A DNA stretch of 54,381 nt from Clostridia bacterium. Lineage in GTDB: Bacteria > Bacillota > Clostridia > Christensenellales > Borkfalkiaceae. The first letter of the stretch is position 1, and every line of letters begins with the position of its first letter. Below are positions 36,604 through 44,614 of the stretch, one piece after another. A program made the translations under genes and the position numbers. The stretch lies in assembly GCA_017453145.1 (NCBI GenBank), contig JAFTKT010000037.1:1-54381 (forward strand). Direction: 5' to 3'. Under the pieces are notes generated by a model. That model searched no databases. It saw only the letters and a list, made by a program, of their open reading frames with translations, and was not told the origin of the DNA.

Positions 36604-37320
36604 ATGAAAAAGTTTATTTTATCGGTTTTATCGGCGACGCTGTCGCTGTTATTTTTCCTATCCCCGTTCTACCGTCCGCCGCAGCACGCACGCGGCGAGA
36701 CGCTTTCCCTTGTCGAGGGCTCGTTCGCCTGTATTCTCACGGACGAGGCGTTTTTCTATTCCGAGCGCGACGAAAAGCGCGGCTTATTTCTTCTCCCGAA
36801 AACGTATTTCGTGAAAGTCATAGAAATCGAGCCCACCTTTTGTAAAATCGAATACCTCTACGACGACGCGCACGTCCAAAAGCTTATCGGCTACGCCAAA
36901 ACGGACGCATTAACCCCCGTGCCTTTCGTGCCCAAACGCCCCTATCTCTACCGCCTAATCGAAGTAAGCTACACAATCGGCAACGGCGGTATACAGACGT
37001 CGGGCTTTTTAGACGAAATCCGTTTCACCTGCGCTTACTATGGCGACTACCGAGTGGGCTCGGAAACGTATTGTTATATCCTGCGTGAAAGCGAATTCGG
37101 GTACATACCCAAGCCGGCGGAGCTTGCTATCGAGCCCAACGGCGAATACGCCGAGTGGCAAGCCGCCCAAGCCGCACCGAGCGAGCCCACGCCCACGCCA
37201 AGCGAGCAAACGAGCCCCGCGCAAATCGCGATTTTAGTCGCGCTCTGTCTGCTCGTTCCCGTCCTCGCCGCGCTCATCTTGCGCCCCAACAAACCCTCCC
37301 CCTACGACTCCGATGAATAA
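36604..37320 (+). CDS. secreted, C-terminally membrane-anchored protein with SH3-like repeats
   Basis: It has a signal peptide MKKFILSVLSATLSLLFFL. Two beta-rich SH3b-like units follow, then a Pro/Thr/Ser linker (APSEPTPTPSEQTSP), a C-terminal TM helix and an acidic tail (YDSDE). The start was moved to the ATG at 36604, because the track ATG at 36595 lies inside a TATAAT box. Confidence 0.6.
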   Translation: MKKFILSVLSATLSLLFFLSPFYRPPQHARGETLSLVEGSFACILTDEAFFYSERDEKRGLFLLPKTYFVKVIEIEPTFCKIEYLYDDAHVQKLIGYAKTDALTPVPFVPKRPYLYRLIEVSYTIGNGGIQTSGFLDEIRFTCAYYGDYRVGSETYCYILRESEFGYIPKPAELAIEPNGEYAEWQAAQAAPSEPTPTPSEQTSPAQIAILVALCLLVPVLAALILRPNKPSPYDSDE

Positions 37321-37451
37321 CCGCCCCTTTTGCCCCACTGTTATTGCGAGCGAGTTTACGAGCGCGGCAATCTCTGCGGAATAACCTAATCGCCTTTTTT
37401 ATCATTCTGGAGCGAAGCGCAAACCACGTTTCGCCGTGCAAAACGTCGCTC

Positions 37452-37976
37452 TCACTCCGCGCCGAGCCACCTGCGTTCGCTTTGGGTAATTTTTCTATCC
37501 TTCCCCTCGCAGACAGCGCGGTAAATTTTCCGAAAAATATCCGTCTGGGCATACGTCTTTTCAAAGACCTCCGCCGTTAGCCCCTCTCTTTTGAAGATAG
37601 CGGCAAGCTTTTCACCCAGCCGTTTTTGAAAGCGGAAATACTGTCGTTCGCTCCAAGCGGCAATCGCACCGTTTTTCTTTTTCCGAGCGGCAAACAGCGT
37701 TTCCTTAAACCGTTTCCGTTTCCCGAAATAACGCGCCCCAACCAACGCCCTTTCCACGTCGGTCAACGTATCGAGCACCCCCTGCACCGTTGCTTTCAGC
37801 CAAAGCAACGCCTGCTTTTCACAAACCTCGCCTGCGAGGTATTCCGCAAACTCCCAAGCCGATTTATCACTGCGATAGGACAATACCGCCTTGTTTTGAA
37901 TATGTAACTGATAATCCTCCTCCACGTTTGCCAACAGCGGAAACGCATATAAAATTGTCTTCACGTAATTTTCCAA
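37452..37976 (-). CDS. sigma-70 region-4-like / ArpU-RinA-like putative late-gene transcriptional activator
   Basis: The segment LDTLTDVERALVGARYFGKRKR resembles sigma region 4.2 or phage late activators. Its position is upstream of the packaging module. The preferred start is the TTG at 37976, 8 nt after GAGG. The track start is the GTG at 37985. Confidence 0.4.
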   Translation of the reverse strand: MENYVKTILYAFPLLANVEEDYQLHIQNKAVLSYRSDKSAWEFAEYLAGEVCEKQALLWLKATVQGVLDTLTDVERALVGARYFGKRKRFKETLFAARKKKNGAIAAWSERQYFRFQKRLGEKLAAIFKREGLTAEVFEKTYAQTDIFRKIYRAVCEGKDRKITQSERRWLGAE

Positions 37977-38266
37977 ATCAAGCACCTCACTAAAAATTTT
38001 ATTTGTTTCTCGCCATTTTCTTCTTTCGTGTGATTATCCCTCCCCGAACGCCTGTCCCGTCGCTCGCACAATCATTCTCCCATAAAACCCAAAAATTGCA
38101 AGTCCCCGTATGCCAACTTTTTGGCAATTTTCCGAACATTTGTTCGCTTTTGAGAGTAGTATAACACATTAAATATGACAACTGCCTGCCTGATTTGAAA
38201 AATATTTCCAAAAATTACCAACTTTTTTCAAAAATTTTCGGACGGCAAAAAAACTCCGCCAAATCA

Positions 38267-38295
38267 TTGCTTTTTTTTCTAAAAAGTGGTATAAT
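38267..38295 (+). promoter_or_regulatory. extended -10 sigmaA promoter of the 790-aa surface protein gene (near-leaderless)
   Basis: TTGCTT at 38267-38272, a 17-nt spacer, then TGgTATAAT with TATAAT at 38290-38295. The ATG at 38304 lies 8 nt past the -10 element, and no SD is present. Confidence 0.6.
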
Positions 38296-38303
38296 AAAAT
38301 CGT

Positions 38304-40676
38304 ATGAAGAAAAAAGGGTTAGCGTTCATTTCCATATTGGCGGTTTTCTCGGCGGCGTTCACGCTCGTCGTAGTCCCTGCGCGCGCCGAAACGGCGACAA
38401 CGCCCATAGCGTCGCAACCGACGGAAACACTCGTTGCCCCCGTTTCCTACGAGCAATATCTGCCGCTTAACAACCCGACTGACGTTGCCGTGAGCGAAAA
38501 CTATTTGGCGATTGCGGACGGAAACGGCATTTATATCTACGACCGCGCCGACGGCGAATACCGTCTTTATAAACACGGCGAAGAAAACAAACAAGAGGAC
38601 AGAATTGCAAAATTACAATTCGACGAATACGAAACGCTGTATTTCCTCGACGGCTCGACGGCGACGAATTTCTATTCTTTCAACGTGGAAACGGGCGAAG
38701 AAACGCCCATTGCGCTCGCCTGCGGAACGTTCACGGTGCAAGGCGGCGAGTTGTATTTCACCAACGCGCAAGAAGATTTGTATAAAGCGAGCTTAAACGG
38801 ACAATCGCTTTCGCCCGTATCCTTACAATGGGAAAACGTATCCTCGCTCGCGTTTTTGAGCGGCGAGCTGTATTTCATTCAGTCGGACTATTATCTTATG
38901 AAAATCGACCCGACGCTCGCCCTGCCGCCCAACCCCGCCAAAGCGACGTATAAAATTTTCGAAAAACAAATCGCGCACGTCTCGGTATCAGACGGCGCGC
39001 TGTCCTGCACGAGCGCCGACGGCGAATTTTTCTCCTACGCGCTCACGCAAACGGAAACGCCCGTCTTTCAATCTTCGGCAGAGGGCTACGCGCGCCTTTG
39101 TGCGTTCGGCGAAAACGTGTATGCGGTGCAACCGAGCAAAGGCGCAATCAAACAATACTCCACCAAACAAGGCGCGTTCACGGACTATGAAATTTCCGCA
39201 AACTCCGCCTCCCGCCACCGTTTAAGCGGTGCAAAAACGACCTTTCTTGCAGGGGACAAGCTGTATATCGCAGACAACGGCAACGCCCGTATATCCGTCT
39301 ACGACACACGGGAAAACAAATTCCTTGCCCCGTTCAACGCGACCCTGCCCCCGTCCTATATCTGCGCAGATGAAAACTACCTGCTCGCGGCGACGGATAC
39401 GCAAGCCACGCTCTATTCCCTTTCGGCAGAAACCTACGGCGAACCGAGCGCGCAATTTTCCAACTTCAACGGCAAGCTCGTAGGCGTTGCGTGCGTATAC
39501 GGAAAATTCTATTTAGCCACCGACCACAACGAATGCTACGCGTTGACTTTACAAGCGGAAACGGGCGAATGGACGCGCGAATCGCATAGAAAAAGCTCCA
39601 CGCGCTATCCCAAAGCTTTGACCTCCGACGTCTACGGCAATTTGTATATTCTGTCAGGCCGCGAGGCATACCGTTTCACGGAACGCGAATTCCTTTCGGA
39701 CACGGAAGAGGGCGAAAAGGTAGGCGAGAATCTGCCGACGTCGACCACGCAAATCGCCGTCGATTACAATCAAACGCTCTATGCGCTTTCGGACAACGGG
39801 CTGTTTCTCGAAAGCACCGAGCTGTTCCGCTTGCGGGCACGCCCCGTCTACTACGCGGACGCACTCGCTACGCCCAGTCTCACCTCCTTTGCAATCGGCA
39901 TTGAAGAAAACGAAACGTATCTGCTTTGCGAGGGCAATTATTTATTGAAATCCACCGCGCTTTCTCTGCCCACCGTCAAAACGGTAGCGGTAAACGGCGC
40001 AAACGAGAATATCTTCTCCCAAGCGGCGGCGGAATTTTCGGTGGTAAAAACGCAAGAAAACACCTTGCTTGTCGAGTTTGACTTACACGCGACAAACGGC
40101 GCGGAATATTTCCCCTATTTGGGCTATTCCCGTGAAACAACCCCCAAAACCGCACTCAAAATCGGCGAAACACAAACGCATTACCTGCTCGCCGAATACG
40201 ACGCGGCAAAGGAAACCTATCGCACGTATCTCGCCCTGCAAGCGCATTGCACGCCGCTTGCGCCAAGCGAATACCGCACGGCGTATAGCGAAACGGAACA
40301 AAGAACCGGCTATATCACGAGCGCGATTGCGCTGTATAAATTCCCTTATTTAACCGAACTTTTAACGAGCGGTACGCTTGGACGCGGCGACGAAGTCGTT
40401 TTAATCGGCGAAGTGCGCGAGCTTGACCACGCCTACTACGAAATCGCGTTTACAGACGCGCAAGGCGAAACAATAACAGGTTACGTACCCCAAGCATTCG
40501 TAACCGATTTCAGCGGTATTCCCCCCGTTTCGGAAACGATTGAACGGGGCGAAACGGAAAGCGACCACGATTCCGTTTGGCGGCTTGCCTATCTTCTTTT
40601 GGGCTTTGCCGCAATCTGTATCTTGACCGACTTTCTGATATTACGAAAGAAAAAAGGAGGCGACGATTATGAGTGA
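38304..40676 (+). CDS. large secreted repeat (double beta-propeller-like) protein with C-terminal SH3-like domain and membrane anchor
   Basis: 790 aa with a signal peptide. About 12 or more recurring units are seen (YLAIADGNGIYIYD, KLYIADNGNARISVYD, NLYILSGREAYRF and others). The C-terminal segment GDEVVLIGEVRELDHAYYEIAF...GYVPQAFV is SH3b-like. It ends with a TM helix and an acidic tail (GGDDYE). Confidence 0.6.
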   Translation: MKKKGLAFISILAVFSAAFTLVVVPARAETATTPIASQPTETLVAPVSYEQYLPLNNPTDVAVSENYLAIADGNGIYIYDRADGEYRLYKHGEENKQEDRIAKLQFDEYETLYFLDGSTATNFYSFNVETGEETPIALACGTFTVQGGELYFTNAQEDLYKASLNGQSLSPVSLQWENVSSLAFLSGELYFIQSDYYLMKIDPTLALPPNPAKATYKIFEKQIAHVSVSDGALSCTSADGEFFSYALTQTETPVFQSSAEGYARLCAFGENVYAVQPSKGAIKQYSTKQGAFTDYEISANSASRHRLSGAKTTFLAGDKLYIADNGNARISVYDTRENKFLAPFNATLPPSYICADENYLLAATDTQATLYSLSAETYGEPSAQFSNFNGKLVGVACVYGKFYLATDHNECYALTLQAETGEWTRESHRKSSTRYPKALTSDVYGNLYILSGREAYRFTEREFLSDTEEGEKVGENLPTSTTQIAVDYNQTLYALSDNGLFLESTELFRLRARPVYYADALATPSLTSFAIGIEENETYLLCEGNYLLKSTALSLPTVKTVAVNGANENIFSQAAAEFSVVKTQENTLLVEFDLHATNGAEYFPYLGYSRETTPKTALKIGETQTHYLLAEYDAAKETYRTYLALQAHCTPLAPSEYRTAYSETEQRTGYITSAIALYKFPYLTELLTSGTLGRGDEVVLIGEVRELDHAYYEIAFTDAQGETITGYVPQAFVTDFSGIPPVSETIERGETESDHDSVWRLAYLLLGFAAICILTDFLILRKKKGGDDYE

Positions 40677-40686
40677 TTATCACAGT

Positions 40687-40714
40687 AGTAGCGTAGTTCC
40701 GCTACGTTTTGTTT
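40687..40714 (+). terminator. weak rho-independent terminator after the 790-aa gene
   Basis: A 6-bp stem, gtagcg pairing with cgctac, with a 6-nt loop, followed by GTTTTGTTTG. Confidence 0.4.
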
Positions 40715-40811
40715 GCGCGAAAAATAATCGGCTTTCTTTTTTCAGACAAACCGAACGCAATTAACGACTACGCTACCCGTTTAGAAAAATATAAAAACGA
40801 GGTAGTAAACA

Positions 40812-42170
40812 ATGGAAATCTTACAACTTTTATCGGAGCGGAAATTTGCCGCTCTGAAACCGCTTGTCGCGGCAATGAACGCCACCGACCTCGCGGAAAT
40901 TTTTGAAAAAATCGAAAACGAGCAAGACGTACCCGTTCTTTTTAGAATTCTGCCCAAAGACTTAGCGGCAGAAACGTTCGTGGAAATGGACGGCGAGCTC
41001 AAAGAACAACTGATTAAAGCACTCAACGACAAAGAACTCCGCGCCGTTATGGACGAGCTGTTTTTGGACGATACGGTCGACTTAATCGAAGAAATGCCCG
41101 CCGTCGTCGTCAAGCGCGTACTCGCACAAAGCGACAAAAAAACCCGCGAATACATCAACCTGATTTTGCAGTACCCGAAAGACAGCGCGGGTAGCGTGAT
41201 GACCATAGAGTTTGTGTCTTTGCGCAAGGACATGACGGTCGAACAGGCGTTTGAGCGTATCCGCAAAACGGCGATTGACAAGGAAACGATTTACACTTGC
41301 TACGTAACCGACCAAACCAAACGTCTTTTGGGGCTCGTAACGGCAAAGGACTTACTGCTTGCCGAAAAAGACGCTCTACTCGGCGACATTATGAACGAAA
41401 ACGTCATCTACGCGCACACGTCCGACGACAAAGAAGACGTCGCGCGGAAAATTGCGGACTACGGTTTTCTCGCCCTGCCGATTGTCGACAAGGAAATGCG
41501 GCTCGTCGGTATCGTAACCGTTGACGACGCAATGACCGTCCTTGAAGAAGAGAACACGGAAGACTTTGAAAAAATTGCGGCAGTCGTGCCGACGGACAAA
41601 CCGTATTTGAAAACGAACGCATGGCGTATTTGCGTAAACCGCCTCCCTTGGCTGTTGATTTTGCTTGTTTCGGCGACCTTTTCGGGACTGATTATTTCCG
41701 CAAACGAGGCAACGCTCAATATGCCGATATACGGCATTGTCCTCACGGCGTGCATGCCCATGCTCATGGGTACGGGCGGAAACGCAGGCTCGCAGGCAAG
41801 CGCTATGATTATTCGCGGTATCGCACTCGACGAGGTGCGCTTCTCCGATTTTTGGAGAGTGGTTTGGAAAGAACTGCGCGTGTCGGTATTGCTCGGCGGC
41901 ATTTTATCCGTCGCCTGCTTTTTGAAAACGCTGTTTTTAGACGGCTTATACGCAGTACAAAACGGTGCGCTCGTCGCGCTCGTCATTTCGGTGTCTATGT
42001 TCGCGACGGTGCTCTTTGCCAAACTAATCGGCGCGGTATTGCCCTTGCTTGCCAAAAAATGCAAGCTCGACCCCGCCGTCGTCGCCTCGCCGTTCATCAC
42101 GACGCTTGTAGACGTGCTTTCGCTCACGATTTATTGCGCGTTTGCCGTTTGGTTTCTCGGTGGCATCTAA
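40812..42170 (+). CDS. mgtE: magnesium transporter MgtE
   Basis: 452 aa. It has an N-domain, tandem CBS domains (..YVTDQTKRLLGLVTAKDLL.., ..ALPIVDKEMRLVGIVTVDD..), and a TM domain with GNAGSQ and the motif ASPFITTLVD. Confidence 0.95.
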   Translation: MEILQLLSERKFAALKPLVAAMNATDLAEIFEKIENEQDVPVLFRILPKDLAAETFVEMDGELKEQLIKALNDKELRAVMDELFLDDTVDLIEEMPAVVVKRVLAQSDKKTREYINLILQYPKDSAGSVMTIEFVSLRKDMTVEQAFERIRKTAIDKETIYTCYVTDQTKRLLGLVTAKDLLLAEKDALLGDIMNENVIYAHTSDDKEDVARKIADYGFLALPIVDKEMRLVGIVTVDDAMTVLEEENTEDFEKIAAVVPTDKPYLKTNAWRICVNRLPWLLILLVSATFSGLIISANEATLNMPIYGIVLTACMPMLMGTGGNAGSQASAMIIRGIALDEVRFSDFWRVVWKELRVSVLLGGILSVACFLKTLFLDGLYAVQNGALVALVISVSMFATVLFAKLIGAVLPLLAKKCKLDPAVVASPFITTLVDVLSLTIYCAFAVWFLGGI

Positions 42171-42184
42171 CTTTATCGCAAACA

Positions 42185-42222
42185 AAAGCGCGGTTGCTTT
42201 TTTCAAAGCAACCGCGCTTTTT
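42185..42222. terminator. bidirectional terminator between mgtE and the convergent aminopeptidase gene
   Basis: A perfect 16-bp stem, aaagcgcggttgcttt (42185-42200) pairing with aaagcaaccgcgcttt (42204-42219), with a 3-nt loop. Confidence 0.85.
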
Positions 42223-42234
42223 CTATTTGCCAAT

Positions 42235-43611
42235 TTATTTAATAAACGCTCTGCACGCCAAATACGCCTGATACACGTCCGCTTTGGACACGAGCTCAAA
42301 CGGCGAATGCATCGAGATAACGGGCACACCCAAGTCAATCGTGTCGATATTCGCTTTCGCGACGTATTTCGCAACCGTACCGCCGCCGCCGACGTCTACT
42401 CTGCCCATTTCACCCGTCTGCCAAATGACGTTATTCTCCTTAAACGTCTTGCGTAAGAACCCCATAAACTCCGCGTCCGCGTCGTTCGAACCGCTCTTGC
42501 CGCGCGCGCCCGTGAATTTGGTGATGCCCGCACCGCAGGATATATACGCCGAGTTCAACGGCTCGGACACTTCCTTGAAGTTGGGGTCAAACGCCGCGTT
42601 CACGTCTGCCGACAAGCACTTCGAGTTCGCGCGCACCGCCGCCGACGGCACACCGAACGAGTCCGCAAGCGCGTCGATTAAATCGGTAAACAGGGCGCAT
42701 TGCATACCCGTCGTACCCTCGCTGCCGATTTCTTCCTTATCCGCCAGCACGACCATCACGGTATGCTCGCTCTTTTCCTCCTCAAACAGCGCGGTGAACG
42801 CAGGATACGCGCAAACGCGGTCGTCGTGGCCGTATGCACCGATAAGCGCACGGTCAAAGCCCACGTCCGTCGCTTTATACGCAGGCACAACGCAAAGCTC
42901 TGCCGAGAGGAAATCTTCTTCCTTAATGCCGTATTTTTCGTTGAGGATTTTCAAGAGATTTTCCTTGACGGTTTTATCCTTGTCGTCCTTTGCCGCCGTG
43001 TAAGGGATATTGCCGAGCCAGATATTCAAATCCTCGCCGCCGAGCCCCTCGCCGAGCGGTTTTGCGTTCTGTTTCGCCGCAAGGTGCGGGAGCAAATCGC
43101 TGATATAGAACACGGGCTCGCCCGCGTCCTCGCCGATTTTAACTTCGACCACGCTACCGTCTGCAAGCGCGATTGCACCGTGCATAGCAAGCGGGATTGC
43201 CGCCCATTGATATTTGCGGATACCGCCGTAGTAATGCGTTTTCGCGAACGCGATATTGTCCGATTCATAAAGAGGCACTTGCTTCAAGTCAATTCTCGGG
43301 CTGTCGATATGCGCCGCAATAATACGAATTCCGTCCTCTGCGATATTCGCGCTCCCCACTTTAATCAAATAGAGATTTTTGCCGCGATTATCATAGTAAA
43401 TCTTGTCGCCCGCTTTGAGCTTGTCGCCGAATTTATAAGCCTTGTAACCCTTGTCCTCTGCGGCTTTTTTCGCCCAAGCGCAAGCCTCGCGCTCCGTTTT
43501 CCCCGCGTCGAGGAATACTTTATACCCCTCCGCATAATCAAAGATGTCGCGCATCAGTTTTTCGTCTGCTTTTTCGTAGACGTTCGTTCTTTTGTATGCA
43601 AGTTCACTCAT
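42235..43611 (-). CDS. M18-family aminopeptidase
   Basis: 458 aa. It contains IIAAHIDSPRIDLK, DKEEIGSEG, ..SADVNAAFDP.. and ISMHSP, matching M18/aminopeptidase I-type motifs. Confidence 0.8.
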   Translation of the reverse strand: MSELAYKRTNVYEKADEKLMRDIFDYAEGYKVFLDAGKTEREACAWAKKAAEDKGYKAYKFGDKLKAGDKIYYDNRGKNLYLIKVGSANIAEDGIRIIAAHIDSPRIDLKQVPLYESDNIAFAKTHYYGGIRKYQWAAIPLAMHGAIALADGSVVEVKIGEDAGEPVFYISDLLPHLAAKQNAKPLGEGLGGEDLNIWLGNIPYTAAKDDKDKTVKENLLKILNEKYGIKEEDFLSAELCVVPAYKATDVGFDRALIGAYGHDDRVCAYPAFTALFEEEKSEHTVMVVLADKEEIGSEGTTGMQCALFTDLIDALADSFGVPSAAVRANSKCLSADVNAAFDPNFKEVSEPLNSAYISCGAGITKFTGARGKSGSNDADAEFMGFLRKTFKENNVIWQTGEMGRVDVGGGGTVAKYVAKANIDTIDLGVPVISMHSPFELVSKADVYQAYLACRAFIK

Positions 43612-43664
43612 GGTTTATATACCGTCCTTTTATATTTTTATTATTTATTTTGCATTGACAAAAA

Positions 43665-44591
43665 TCAATGCAAAAACCCTTTCAAAATTTGCTCTTCCGC
43701 CTCTTTTTCCGTCAGTCCCAACGTCATGAGCTTGACGAGCTGTTCGCCCGCGATTTTCCCAATCGCCGCCTCGTGTATAAGCTCCGCGTCCACGTGCGCC
43801 GCCGAAAGGCAGGGCGCGGCGGTAACCTTTGCCCCGTCCATGATAATTGCGTCGCATTCCGTGTGCCCGTAGCAGGGCGCGTTGCCGTTCATTGTCGAAA
43901 CAAACCGTTGCACCGATTCCCCTGCCGCCACCGAGCGCGATATAATATCTGCGCGGCATTTCTCGCCGTTCATATCCACCACGAAATCGGTATCCGCCAC
44001 CTGCTGTCCGTGCGTATACAGTTTTTCCTTAACGGTAAAGCTCGCCCCCGATTTCATATCCGCTTTCGTCAAACGCTTGGTTGAATCCACGCCCTTGATT
44101 TGCGTCGTTTCCATCTCCATCTGCGCGCCCTCGTCTAAATGCACCACCGTCGTCGGGTTCATCACGTTTTTACCGTTCCCGTCCCCTTCGCCATAGTGCT
44201 TTTCCACGTATTTCACGCGCGCGTTTTTGCCGACGTAAAAGGTATGCTCGCCGTCGTGGCGCGAGGTCGTGTCCACGCCGCCGCAGTTATGAATACCACA
44301 ACCCGCAACAATGACCACGTCGCTATCCGCGCCGATATAGAAATCGTTGTAAACGACTTCCTGCAAGCCCGCCTTGCTGATAACGACGGGGATATGCACG
44401 CTCTCGTTTTTCGTGCCGGGCTTGATAAAAATATCAATCCCCGATTTCCCGTCCGTTTTCGTTACGATTTCAATGTTCGCCGTGCTGTTTCTGCTCTGCG
44501 TTTCCCCGTCGCCGCGAATGTTATACGCGCCTTCGGGCACACCGTGCAAATCGGCGATTTTTACAAGTAAATCTTTCTGAATTTCGTCCAT
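43665..44591 (-). CDS. short SufB/SufD-family Fe-S cluster assembly scaffold protein
   Basis: 308 aa with a beta-helix-like repetitive core. The C-terminal segment SRSVAAGES..., ...DAELIHEAAIGKIAGEQLVKLMTLGLTEKEAEEQILKGFL is typical of SufB/D. It is paired with sufC. Confidence 0.75.
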   Translation of the reverse strand: MDEIQKDLLVKIADLHGVPEGAYNIRGDGETQSRNSTANIEIVTKTDGKSGIDIFIKPGTKNESVHIPVVISKAGLQEVVYNDFYIGADSDVVIVAGCGIHNCGGVDTTSRHDGEHTFYVGKNARVKYVEKHYGEGDGNGKNVMNPTTVVHLDEGAQMEMETTQIKGVDSTKRLTKADMKSGASFTVKEKLYTHGQQVADTDFVVDMNGEKCRADIISRSVAAGESVQRFVSTMNGNAPCYGHTECDAIIMDGAKVTAAPCLSAAHVDAELIHEAAIGKIAGEQLVKLMTLGLTEKEAEEQILKGFLH

Positions 44592-44614
44592 TCTCTTGCT
44601 CCTTATCGCCTGTA

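Larger units (their letters stand above)
28382..37985 (-). mobile_element. phage-derived particle (packaging/head/short-tail-like) gene cassette lacking integration, replication and lysis functions
   Basis: Nine co-oriented minus-strand ORFs: regulator, TerL, TerS-like, portal, scaffold, MCP and three structural unknowns. One plus-strand surface-protein gene lies among them. The cassette is bounded by dut on one side and a surface-protein gene on the other. Confidence 0.7.

Noticed and set aside
37321-37451. GC-rich imperfect palindromic segments (gttattgcgagcgag...ctctgcggaataac) between the convergent SH3-like gene and the phage regulator gene
   Set aside because: The arms pair only partially and no U-tract follows. 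I could not support a terminator, a repeat element or an RNA gene call.
37999-38211. 70-aa minus-strand ORF in the 318-nt gap upstream of the phage regulator
   Set aside because: It has no RBS, an odd Cys/Trp-rich composition, and lies in an AT-rich promoter-like region. It is most likely non-coding.
43651-43672. 8-bp hairpin (tgcattga/tcaatgca) overlapping the SufB-like stop codon
   Set aside because: There is no U-tract on either strand. The downstream aminopeptidase gene follows in the same orientation, so read-through is likely. I did not call it a terminator.
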